In this document: positions 1 through 8,899 of the stretch, one piece after another
Layout of the letters: each line of letters opens with the position of its first letter
Position numbering within the stretch: position 1 is the first letter of the stretch
Assembly: GCA_002794465.1 (NCBI GenBank)
Contig: MTSL01000041.1
Location: 107,113 to 139,112 of the forward strand
Length of the DNA stretch: 32,000 nucleotides
Reading direction: 5' to 3'
Source of the DNA: Paramicrosporidium saccamoebae KSL3
Lineage: Eukaryota; Fungi; Cryptomycota
The notes under the pieces: model-generated
Database searches by the model: none
Told to the model about the DNA's origin: nothing
Seen by the model: the letters and a program-made list of their open reading frames with translations, nothing else
Made by a program: the position numbers and the translations under genes

Positions 1-1071
1 TTTGTTTCTTGACGCAGCAACTGTTATTGTACGACACCAATGGAACACAAATTCTGGGATAATGAATGGAAGATTGAACATGAAGTTTGAGTATTCAGTA
101 GCACCGTTCTGCTCCTTTTGTTTATCCGCTCTTCGGGTGGAGCGCTCTTGATTTGCAGCCATCAGTAACTGATCAACAATATAAACTTTGAACTGATTCT
201 CAATAATCCGCTTTTTAAAGGAAGTCTCTTGGAAGGAATTTTTCACCACCATCATGACCACAGAACCAACCGACATTACCAGCCCTGCCACAATACAAAA
301 TAGGAACAGTCGCGGGACATGATCAAATCCACAAAATCCCTGAGCAACTGTGGCATCCTGTAGGAGTGTACTAGCGCCAAAATCTTCAAGACAGGATGCA
401 GGAAAATTGGCAACCCAAAAAGCACCGGAAATGAAGGCACCTATTGAGATGGATAGTGGCACAGCCACGGCAGAGATCCTAGCAGGATGGTCAGTCTTTG
501 ACAAAAATGTATTGGCCTGAAGATACTTTGACAACTTTTTCAGTCCTACATTTGTCCAAATTGGAGCAAAAACTAGGATTACAGCAAACAACGCCCAGGT
601 ATCCAAGGAAGTACGTGCATAGACGGGTGTTTTTCCGTGGAGGAGCACTTTACAGGATAACCAAATTGTAGAACACAGCAGCAAGTGACCCAAAAGGAGA
701 TTATTCAACAGATTAGGGGACAGAATATTCTTAACGGCGACATTTTCATCACGCTGTAGTTTGACTCCCTCCGTGTCCTCGCCAAAGGATTCTGCAAATT
801 CACGCTCCTTCTCCCGATCATCCCCGATCCAATCAAAAGAATCACTGCTCGCGTTGGAGAGGCTTCCATCTTCTGATAGATTGGGTGATGAAATGGATGC
901 GTTGGGGGATGGTTGTACTTCAAGTCTGTTGGATGCTTTGGGGGACGATTGTGCTTCAAGCTTGTTGGATGCTTTGAGGGACGATTGCGCTTCAAGCCTG
1001 TCAGATCCTGTCTCGGTAACACGTCGTCTAACTGGACCTTGAGAGTTCAATGTCTTTTGTGCGCCTTCCAT
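1..1071 (-). CDS. MscS-like mechanosensitive channel (Msy1/Msy2-type), N-terminal 357 aa; runs off the left edge; paralogue of 26645..28804
   Basis: Manual translation from ATG at 1071 is open to base 1, so it is absent from the ORF track: MEGAQKTL...SNASSDSFDWIGDD...GFCGFDHVPRLFLFCIVAGLVMSVGSVVMMVVKNSFQETSFKKRIIENQFKVYIVDQLLMAA...NFMFNLPFIIPE. This aligns by eye with the 26645..28804 protein (SDASQDSFDWIGDD...GYCGFSYVPRILVFIFICG...NFQEKTFKSRLIENRFKIHVVDMLLLAA...DFMFNLPFVIPE). An in-frame TAA lies upstream of the ATG. Confidence 0.85.
   Translation of the reverse strand, partial: MEGAQKTLNSQGPVRRRVTETGSDRLEAQSSLKASNKLEAQSSPKASNRLEVQPSPNASISSPNLSEDGSLSNASSDSFDWIGDDREKEREFAESFGEDTEGVKLQRDENVAVKNILSPNLLNNLLLGHLLLCSTIWLSCKVLLHGKTPVYARTSLDTWALFAVILVFAPIWTNVGLKKLSKYLQANTFLSKTDHPARISAVAVPLSISIGAFISGAFWVANFPASCLEDFGASTLLQDATVAQGFCGFDHVPRLFLFCIVAGLVMSVGSVVMMVVKNSFQETSFKKRIIENQFKVYIVDQLLMAANQERSTRRADKQKEQNGATEYSNFMFNLPFIIPEFVFHWCRTITVAASRNK
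895..1002. repeat. Coding tandem repeat, 3 x 36 bp (12 aa, LEAQSSPKASNK-like), in the N-terminus of the MscS-like gene
   Basis: Units at 895-930, 931-966 and 967-1002, e.g. ggatgctttgggggacgattgtgcttcaagcttgtt. Confidence 0.9.
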
Positions 1072-1582
1072 GGTGTAATGATGCTGCAATGCTAATACGA
1101 GTTACTATAGTGGCTGTAAACAACGAGGCTCATTCGCCGGCGATCATGGTTTCCTACGTTCATTGGTTCGGATGGAGCAACAAGCACCGCGATTGGCTCG
1201 GTAAGAGAGTATTGCGTGTGGTGAGGTCCCACGAACAGTAATCAATTGTCGTGTATTTGCTACGAGAGCACGCTTTCAGATATTTTACCTTTTTAATAGA
1301 ACATGATCCTTACTCAGTTCATATTTATTAAGGGCACCATTACAGATTGCCGATTATAAGTGGATATTATCTAACTGGAGCCTTTGTAAATTCACCAACG
1401 TTGCGATTATCAGGCCGACTAATACATTCGTGCAGATTTCTCTTTCCATCACACCCCTCAGTCTCAACAAACCTCGCCAATTATCATATTACTTCATGCT
1501 CTGATTGACTCAAATAAGGATGGTTGCCGAGATGGGCGCTTATGCCCGTTTATAATAATTATAAAAGTATGGATAAGTGCAA

Positions 1583-2194
1583 TCAGTTGAAATGAAACTG
1601 TGGCAATTCTGAGGCAGGGACACTGTAGCCCATTCTCCTAATATCAGTCGAGTCATCCCACCTAAATTCAAAGCTGGGCAGAGTAGGAGAATCTTCCATA
1701 GAAACAGAGTCATCCTCCACCGGCATTGGATCCTCAAATTGTGTTTGGCTCGTACCTACAGGCTTGTTTAGGGGAATAATGTCAATGATTGGCGTGTTTT
1801 CTTCAGGAATCTGTCGCACTGGATTGTCCAGTGCATCTAGGATCGTTTTGGCGGTTCTCGTCATAGCTACTGGAAGCTTTGCTGGTGCCTTTTCTACCTT
1901 GTCCACCTCGTCCATTGCAGTCCCCTTTGTCTCTATAACAGTCTCCTCTCGCCTAAGTAGCTCCCGTATTTGCCTTTTCACAGGTGTCATGTCTATTGCC
2001 TTAGGTGCTGGTTTCCGTATAGACCGCGGGATGGGGACGGGTGTGGCAAACACGGGCGCAGATTTGACAGTAGCGTCGCGTAGCCATTCAAGACAGACTG
2101 TAACTTCGGCAGAGGTGAGTGGAGCATCTCCTTTGGTGGAGAAAAAGTCGGACAAGCGACGGTAGGCGGGGAGGAGAGCTTCACCCAAGTCCAT
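1583..2194 (-). CDS. Small Nup60/Nup153-like nuclear-basket nucleoporin (putative), 203 aa
   Basis: LSDFFSTKGDAPLTSAEV resembles yeast Nup60 LANFFSKKGNEPLSEIEI. MTRTAKTILDALD resembles Nup60 SNTAAALVSLLD and Nup153 TARRILQSLE. C-terminal FxF motifs LPSFEF and LPQFHF. Similarities are from recall, not alignment software. Confidence 0.55.
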   Translation of the reverse strand: MDLGEALLPAYRRLSDFFSTKGDAPLTSAEVTVCLEWLRDATVKSAPVFATPVPIPRSIRKPAPKAIDMTPVKRQIRELLRREETVIETKGTAMDEVDKVEKAPAKLPVAMTRTAKTILDALDNPVRQIPEENTPIIDIIPLNKPVGTSQTQFEDPMPVEDDSVSMEDSPTLPSFEFRWDDSTDIRRMGYSVPASELPQFHFN

Positions 2195-2299
2195 ATCTGG
2201 ACCCCTCTAATCCTGGTCAGCATCAGTCTCCAGGCAAAAATTTGTAACTCTAGTTATTGTAGAGGCGCATTTATAAAGAATCAACCTCTCTCTCTCAAT

Positions 2300-2386
2300 A
2301 AAGAGTCTTTACTATAAATCTTACAAGTATATCATAGCTACGAAGCAAGCCCCCAAGAAAGAGTCTTTGCTACAAACCCTACAAGT
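2300..2386. repeat. Imperfect direct repeat, 2 x 29 bp with 58-bp period, starting with the near-palindrome AAAGAGTCTTT, in the divergent Nup-like/NOP56 spacer
   Basis: aaagagtctttactataaatcttacaagt (2300-2328) vs aaagagtctttgctacaaaccctacaagt (2358-2386): 4 mismatches, all transitions. Confidence 0.75.
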
Positions 2387-2537
2387 GTGGTACATCTACA
2401 GACTATTTTATCACTTCTCAAACGAATCGCCAATATAACAGCAATTGCGGACCATGAGTAGTTTAGACTGTACCCACTTTGTACATTGACTTTCCGATAC
2501 TTTGAGCCCGACTTGACCAGGGTAGGAATTTTGCTGG

Positions 2538-4148
2538 ATGAGCAACACACTATACGTTCTCTTTGAGACGGCGTATGGGTATGCTCTATTTGAGCGCCTC
2601 GAAAGCGACGAAATCGGTCAAGAACTCGATGCAGTGACTGCGGCGATGCAAGACCTTGGCAAATTCGGCCGTGCCATCAAGCTCCAGGCCTTCCTTCCTT
2701 TTAAGAATGCGGCCGAGGCCCTGCAGAATATTAACGAGGTGAGTGAGGGCATTATGGGCGACACTCTGCGTCAGTTCTTGGAGCTGAATCTCCCAAAGAG
2801 CAAGAAGAGCAAGGATGGAACTCCCAAAAAGAGTGCCAGCTTCTCCCTGGGTGTCTCGGATAAAACCCTTGCCTCCACAATCAAGGGCGAGCTTGGTGTC
2901 GAATGTGTCTCAGATGAGACTGTCCTTGAGGTCGTCCGTGGGCTTCGTCTCTTTGCCCACACAATGCTGAAGCAGTTCCGTGAAGGCGACTTGGAGAAGG
3001 CACAACTTGGTCTTGGACATAGTTACTCCCGTGCCAAGGTCAAGTTCAACGTGCATCGTTCTGACAATATGATTATCCAGTCCAGTGCGCTTCTTGATCA
3101 GCTTGACAAGGACATTAACACTTTTGCCATGAGAATGCGCGAGTGGTACGGATGGCACTTCCCCGAGCTCACTCGTCTCATTCCCGATCATCGTCTTTTT
3201 GCCAAGGTGGCGCTGTCCATCCCTGACAAGTCCAGTGTCACCGAGGAGGATCTGCCCGCCATTGAGGCTGCCGCCGATGGAGATGCAGGCCTGGCAAAGC
3301 TCGTCTTGGAAGCCGCTCGCCATTCCATGGGAACTGACATTAATGAGCTCGACATGATCAACATTAAAAACTTTGCCCGCCGAGTGCTGGCGCTCAGCGA
3401 ATATCGCCTGAAGCTGCACTCTTACCTAACTGGGAAGATGGACATTGTCGCGCCCAACCTTAGTGCCCTGATTGGAGAAATTGTTGGGGCTCGTCTCATC
3501 TCGCATGCTGGCTCTTTAACCAACCTGAGCAAGTTCCCTGCCTCGACTGTTCAGATCCTGGGTGCTGAAAAGGCGCTCTTCCGTGCCCTAAAGACGAAAG
3601 GAAAGACACCCAAGTATGGGCTGATCTATCATTCGAGCTTTATTGGCAAGGCGGGAGCCAAGAATAAGGGACGCATTTCCCGTTATCTGGCAAACAAGTG
3701 CTCCATTGCCTCTCGCTTGGATTGCTTTGCTGATGTCCCCACAAACAAATTTGGTGATGCTCTGAGGGCTCAAGTCGAAGAACGTCTTGATTTCTACGAA
3801 AAGGGCACTCAACCCACCAAGAACGCCGATGTAATGTCCAAGGTGATGGCCATTGTCGAAAAGGAGCAGGCCAAGAAGGAGAAGAAGAGCAAGAAGAAGG
3901 ACGACAGCAAGGACGAGGTGGTCGTTGCTTCCCCCAAAAAGGACAAAAAGTCTCGCGAGTCCAAGAAGGAAGAGGCGGCCGCTGTCTCTCCCAAAAAGGA
4001 CAAAAAGTCTCGCAAGTCTGAAAGTGCCCCAGTTGAAGAGGAGGAGACTCCAAAGAAAAAGTCCAAAGTAGAAGTTGTGAGTAGCAAACAAGACAAACAG
4101 GACAAGAAGGAAAAGAAGGAGAAGAAGGACAAAAAGGTCAAGGCTTAG
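2538..4148 (+). CDS. NOP56: Nucleolar protein 56 (box C/D snoRNP core), intronless, with K/D/E-rich tail
   Basis: LGLGHSYSRAKVKFNVHRSDNMIIQS is the Nop56-type (not Nop58-type) signature. Also MREWYGWHFPEL, STVQILGAEKALFRALK, TPKYGLIYHS, KGRISRYLANKCSIASRLD and a KKD/E tail. Confidence 0.95.
   Translation: MSNTLYVLFETAYGYALFERLESDEIGQELDAVTAAMQDLGKFGRAIKLQAFLPFKNAAEALQNINEVSEGIMGDTLRQFLELNLPKSKKSKDGTPKKSASFSLGVSDKTLASTIKGELGVECVSDETVLEVVRGLRLFAHTMLKQFREGDLEKAQLGLGHSYSRAKVKFNVHRSDNMIIQSSALLDQLDKDINTFAMRMREWYGWHFPELTRLIPDHRLFAKVALSIPDKSSVTEEDLPAIEAAADGDAGLAKLVLEAARHSMGTDINELDMINIKNFARRVLALSEYRLKLHSYLTGKMDIVAPNLSALIGEIVGARLISHAGSLTNLSKFPASTVQILGAEKALFRALKTKGKTPKYGLIYHSSFIGKAGAKNKGRISRYLANKCSIASRLDCFADVPTNKFGDALRAQVEERLDFYEKGTQPTKNADVMSKVMAIVEKEQAKKEKKSKKKDDSKDEVVVASPKKDKKSRESKKEEAAAVSPKKDKKSRKSESAPVEEEETPKKKSKVEVVSSKQDKQDKKEKKEKKDKKVKA
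3933..4013 (+). repeat. Internal duplication in the NOP56 tail (SPKKDKKSR twice)
   Basis: Identical 24-mer cccaaaaaggacaaaaagtctcgc at 3933-3956 and 3990-4013. Confidence 0.85.
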
Positions 4149-4259
4149 ATACTTGGTACGTACATTTCACATAAAATACAGATTTACATAAATGGAAGTA
4201 CTGGGTGACTTGTTTACATTCACCTAAAATGGACTTTGGAAACAGACTGACTCACAGAG

Positions 4260-6002
4260 ATGGTGCTGCCACTGATACTGCCGCTGATATTGGCCTTTTG
4301 TTTGGTAAATGTCTCGGCGCACTCATGGATGACATGTCCCGTTTCCTTTGATTCCAGCCCACATCGCCAGGTGGAGCTCGATGGGCCCTGCGAATCTCAC
4401 ATTGGCACTAGTGCCTTCCACGTCACTACTGTGAATGCCGGAGATCGTCTTAAAGTGGGCTGGGTCTCCAATAATGAAGGTGGCGGTTTTGTCCGTTTGG
4501 CGTTGGTTCCAGTCGCTTCCCGCTTTGATGCTTCTGCCTTTGATCAGAGCGTAATTAAGGTGGCTTGCTTCGGATATGATGAACGCAAGGGTCGCTTTGC
4601 CAATGGATTCTGTAGCCATCCATGTGGCGCGAGAGGGGCATGCGATTATCAGAAAACGCGGGATGACGTGAATAGATATGACACCACAATTGCGATTCCC
4701 ACAAACTTGGAGGACGGCTATTACGTCCTTCAGTGGAAAGGACTCTCTGCTGGTAATGAACGTCCCGCCTACAGCTGTTCATTGCTCCAACTCATCGGAG
4801 GCAACAGTACGCAAGCTCTATGCGGTCCGGCTAAAATGGTCATTCCAAAATGCAAAACGGTAGAGGGTGCAATGACTGCAAAATCGTTTTTGAGTGGCAA
4901 TCAAATGGGGTCATACTGCTTCAATGCAACCGGAAGCAACGATGTGGACTTTAATATGGGAAGGCTCGCAAAGAATTACATGTGCGATCCGAGACAGACT
5001 TGCAACATTTCAAATTCACGTGTTTACTGTAAACAGGAAATGGGGCGGGAGCCTCTTGACCCTTCAAATCCGGTCATGGACTGTCCAAAAATGGATCAGA
5101 CGGACCAGCAAGAGGATCAAGTCCCTCCAAAGAAGGGAATGTTGGCCGTTGAAGACACTATAACATCAATACCACTGCCTCCGCCAATTTATCCGTCCAC
5201 GACGATAACTCAAAGTCCCGAGTCCAAGACTACTACTACTACATCTAAAACTACGACCACATCCAAGACTACTTCCAAAACTACGACCACGACTACGTCA
5301 AAAACTACGACCACGTCCAAGACTACCACTACATCTAAAACCACGACCACGTCCAAGACTACCACTACATCTAAAACCACGACCACATCCAAGACGACGA
5401 CTACAACCAGACCCGTGTCCACAACAACAACTAGGACTACCACAACTATTACCACTACCGGATCAATCACGCCAGGTGGGCCTTGCTCTGCTCCTGACAG
5501 CCAATTTTTCTGTTACAACACCGGTTATTATGCGCGATGCGTCTTTGGTTCTTGGGTTGTACAGCCCTGCTCACCTGGGACAAGATGCCAGGATGGCACC
5601 TGCGTCTTAGCCTTGCCCGGAGATCCTATAAGATTCACTACTACAATCAGAAGAACTACTACCACCACTACAACCAGAAGAACTACCACCACATCTACCC
5701 GTGTGCCAACATCGGCAGTGAGAATTACGCCAGGCGGAGACTGCAATCAACCCGACACTAAATACTTTTGCTATTCAAACACTCGGCTGGCGCGGTGCAT
5801 ATTCAATACTTGGTGGATTCAAAGTTGCCCACAAGGAACCGCCTGTGTGAATGGAAGATGTGGCTTTGCAAAACGCAAATCTCCCGTCAATGTTCAAGAT
5901 CCACACATTGGTGACAACGCAGAGGAAGAACGCATCTGTCGTCGTAATTGGGTCCGTCGAAATAGGGTGCGCAGAGTGAGACGTGGAGTCAGACGGCATT
6001 AA
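4260..6002 (+). CDS. Secreted LPMO-like (N-terminal His) protein with Thr-rich linkers, two CBM19-like Cys-rich modules and an Arg-rich tail; intronless, 580 aa
   Basis: Hydrophobic signal peptide ending VNVSA, followed directly by His21 (HSWMTCP). LPMO-like core strands (LKVGWVSNNEGGGFVRLAL; IPTNLEDGYYVLQW...YSC). (TTTTSK)n linker. Two 46-aa modules at 5466-5603 and 5724-5861 with the pattern ARCxxxxWxxQxCxxGTxC. Confidence 0.7.
   Translation: MVLPLILPLILAFCLVNVSAHSWMTCPVSFDSSPHRQVELDGPCESHIGTSAFHVTTVNAGDRLKVGWVSNNEGGGFVRLALVPVASRFDASAFDQSVIKVACFGYDERKGRFANGFCSHPCGARGACDYQKTRDDVNRYDTTIAIPTNLEDGYYVLQWKGLSAGNERPAYSCSLLQLIGGNSTQALCGPAKMVIPKCKTVEGAMTAKSFLSGNQMGSYCFNATGSNDVDFNMGRLAKNYMCDPRQTCNISNSRVYCKQEMGREPLDPSNPVMDCPKMDQTDQQEDQVPPKKGMLAVEDTITSIPLPPPIYPSTTITQSPESKTTTTTSKTTTTSKTTSKTTTTTTSKTTTTSKTTTTSKTTTTSKTTTTSKTTTTSKTTTTTRPVSTTTTRTTTTITTTGSITPGGPCSAPDSQFFCYNTGYYARCVFGSWVVQPCSPGTRCQDGTCVLALPGDPIRFTTTIRRTTTTTTTRRTTTTSTRVPTSAVRITPGGDCNQPDTKYFCYSNTRLARCIFNTWWIQSCPQGTACVNGRCGFAKRKSPVNVQDPHIGDNAEEERICRRNWVRRNRVRRVRRGVRRH
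5223..5460 (+). repeat. Coding minisatellite: 18-bp unit (TTTTSK) with a 36-bp higher-order unit; mucin-like Thr linker
   Basis: Exact 36-mer accacgtccaagactaccactacatctaaaaccacg at 5310-5345 and 5346-5381, flanked by diverged 18-bp units. Confidence 0.9.
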
Positions 6003-6029
6003 TATTCCTTTGCGATTAAACGACATTGT

Positions 6030-8753
6030 TTATTGGGCTGTATATTTCAAGAGATTAAACAGGGTTGCTGCATTGGCAATCCGTTGGTCTGCGTCAGCAG
6101 TATTCGTGTCCCCAATAGCGCAGACATAGATGGGGCAATCGGCTTCATAACTACATAATCTCCTCACATTGGGACTTGAGCTGTTCGGTGATAATGCTGA
6201 TGGGCTCGCACCCGGCAGTAGCCCGAGACAGCGGCCGATCATTTCATGACAGAACGTATATAGCTCTTCTTCATCTCGAGATTTTACGAATATGCTCAGG
6301 AATCCCACCTTATGATCGCCTTTAAGAACCGACTTGAGCACATTTCCGATGGCTTGCCGTTGTCCAAGAGACAAAAGTCTTATTCGCAGCCGTTTCTGGC
6401 AAGAGACGGCATGGACTGGAAAGTTTGATCCGATAGTGTCTTGTATATGGGCTTGACACTCCTTGGCCTGCCTTTCACCAAAGACGGGATCTGCATTCTC
6501 GTAATGCCAAATATAGGCTGCACTCTTTCTTTCAAACCAGGAGCCAGGCGTGCGCTCCGTGTAGTACTCCAAGATTGTTTGCACCCTCTCCCACCAGTGC
6601 GGATCAGGATCATTAACGCAGCATTTCCACTCGGCATCTTTGGATAACCGAATGCAGTAACCATCCTCAGCACATAGGACAAGGTGATCGAATCCCGAAA
6701 ATGTATGATCCATCTGCTCGGCGCTCCGTTCACTGATGAGGGCAACTATATTTTCATCGCTACTCAGCAAAGACAGGCAGGACTTTAGCTCCTTGAGTAA
6801 CTCAAGCGACGCTGGAATGTTTTTAAAGCCGGGCATGAGGGCATCGTAGTCAATGATGAACAGCCTTTTACCATCCTCAATGGAGTTCACAGATTGATAA
6901 TCTCTGCAAAATGAAATCTGGTTAATCAGGGGAGCAACTAGTGACTGACGCTGCCTCTCAATGTCCGATTGCGTGATTAGGGAGGCTAAGAAGGATGCTG
7001 CCCAAGTATTAGCAGTGTTGCTCCTAACGTTTCGCAGCAGGCTTCCATGTCGTTCTCTCTTTTCCTGCTCATCCATTTCCAGAGCCACGAGAATTGCATC
7101 AGCAACATCCTAAAAGCTATAAACTCGCCCCATAATGAATACTATTGGATCCCACGGATTCACTCGCAGAGCTGCTCCAAATGTCGAGCTTGTGCCAGCA
7201 AATTCCGATATAATAACTGTCCCGAATTTGCCCTGCTGGCAAAGAACATATTCATGCGATGTCAAGTTCATCCCATCGCGGAGACTAGTAATTAAGCACA
7301 CATCGGCTGAGCCCAAGAGAGCAAGGTATTGCTCAAACGAAACCTCCTGCGTGGATATGACCACGGGACAATAATCGAGATTGCCAAATCGAGTGTTCAC
7401 CTCATCAGCAAGATCCATCACAGACTGTAGATACTTTCCATGACCGGCAACGGCCATCTGATACAATATTGCTCGCCCTCGCCATTCGGCGTTATCACGG
7501 AGAAACTGCATAAATCCAAGAATTTTTTGCCGAATTCCCTTTACGGGATCAACCTTGTCGCGGGCAATTATAATCTTTTTCCCCTGATACTTTTCCATTA
7601 TGTGGTTAGTCATTTCCGTAATCTCTCGAAGAGCCAGTCTCTTTTCAATTCTTCCAGGATCAATTCCAATGGGAAAAATCCCGATGGGAACAATTCGCCC
7701 CTCAACCTGCACGCCCCTTGGAGTGCATGCATATCCTAGAATGCGTGTGCAGCATTGGAAGAAATGACGGGCGTATCCGTAGGTTTGAAATCCCACTAGA
7801 TCGGACGCCAAAATTCCCTCTAATATCTCCTGCCGTACTGGCAAGCAGCGGAATATCTCGCTTGTTGGAAATGGGACATGGAGAAAGACGCCAATTGTTG
7901 CATTGGGCAGCGCTGTGCGAACCATTTGTGGAACGAGCAATAAGTGATAGTCATTGATCCAAATAACGTCATCGGGCTCATAGATTTGGATGATTTTATC
8001 AGCAAAGCACTGGTTGGTTCGGACATATGCCCTCCAGTCTCCTTGGCTTGAGGTTGCTTGCAGAGCCAACTGTTGATCTGGCAGCAGATTGTGAAATATT
8101 GGCCACATGGTCCTTTTACAAAACCTAACATGGTCGTCAAAATTTCCATCGATAACATGACATCTATAGTCCGCATTTAATTTATCCAGCACTCTTTCTT
8201 TCTCGGAAAGATCAGATGGAAGATCTCCAGCCAATGTTCCAATCCATAGTCGATTTTTGAGTGCACTAATGGCATTGGTAAGGCCAGAGTTGCCCCCAAA
8301 ATACGGTCTTATCTCCCAAGTGTCTTGCCCAGAATCTGTATAAGGTTCTGCAATTAAAAAACTGTCCACGGAACTGACACTTGAGCTTATTGCAGGCATT
8401 CCATCAGGGACAAATGCATTCTTTAGTGGCCTGATGGTCGGCGACGGTATCGGAGTGCTAAAATCGTGGGGATGACCAGTAGGAGATGAATCGTCCGCCT
8501 GTATTCCAAGCAAAGTAGCGGTCATTCTATCCAGGCTTCTCCTTCGATTATCATTCCTGGGACGATTGGCAATATCTCCTCCGTCAATCAATGGCGATTC
8601 CAAGTGACATGCAAAGGTGGGACGGACATGAAATGGTTTGGTGGTCAGATACGCATTGTTATTGTCTACAGCCGATTTAGCAATGTCGAGGTAGGTTGTA
8701 GTGTATGGAAGGTAATTTGCCGCTACCAAGACACGTCGCTCCTTATCGCCCAT
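6030..8753 (-). CDS. Trehalose-6-phosphate synthase/phosphatase complex subunit (GT20 plus HAD-like TPP domain), probably regulatory Tsl1/Tps3/TslA-like; one 33-nt intron at 7110-7142
   Basis: GT20 motifs WINDYHLLLVPQMVR, FLHVPFPTSEIFRCLP, DLVGFQTYGYARHF and SLRDGMNLTSHEY. TPP-like ERTPGSWFERK and IWHYENADPVFG. The intron GTATTC...TTTTAG joins PWDPI to DVADAI in frame. First ATG at 8753; the ORF-track start at 8834 is TTG. Confidence 0.9.
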
Positions 8754-8899
8754 GAATGTGGACCAATAATTAAGAGTCCGTATTGTAGTATTATAACAGA
8801 CCGGGGATTCAAACAGAGCAGGCTCTACTTCCAACTCTCACCCCAAGTAATATTCATGCAGCAGTCAGAAACGATAACAATATTTAAATTTCAAATATC

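Noticed and set aside
705-1095. Short ORFs 705..1022 (-), 761..1042 (+) and 913..1095 (+)
   Set aside because: They are alternative-frame or antisense shadows of the MscS-like gene and its 36-bp repeat.
3880-4148. Lys-rich NOP56 tail with SPKK repeats as a novelty
   Set aside because: KKE/D tails are a known, variable feature of Nop56/Nop58; the duplication is recorded as a feature only.
5210-5746. Poly-Val ORFs on the minus strand
   Set aside because: Antisense reading of ACN Thr codons in the Thr-rich linkers.
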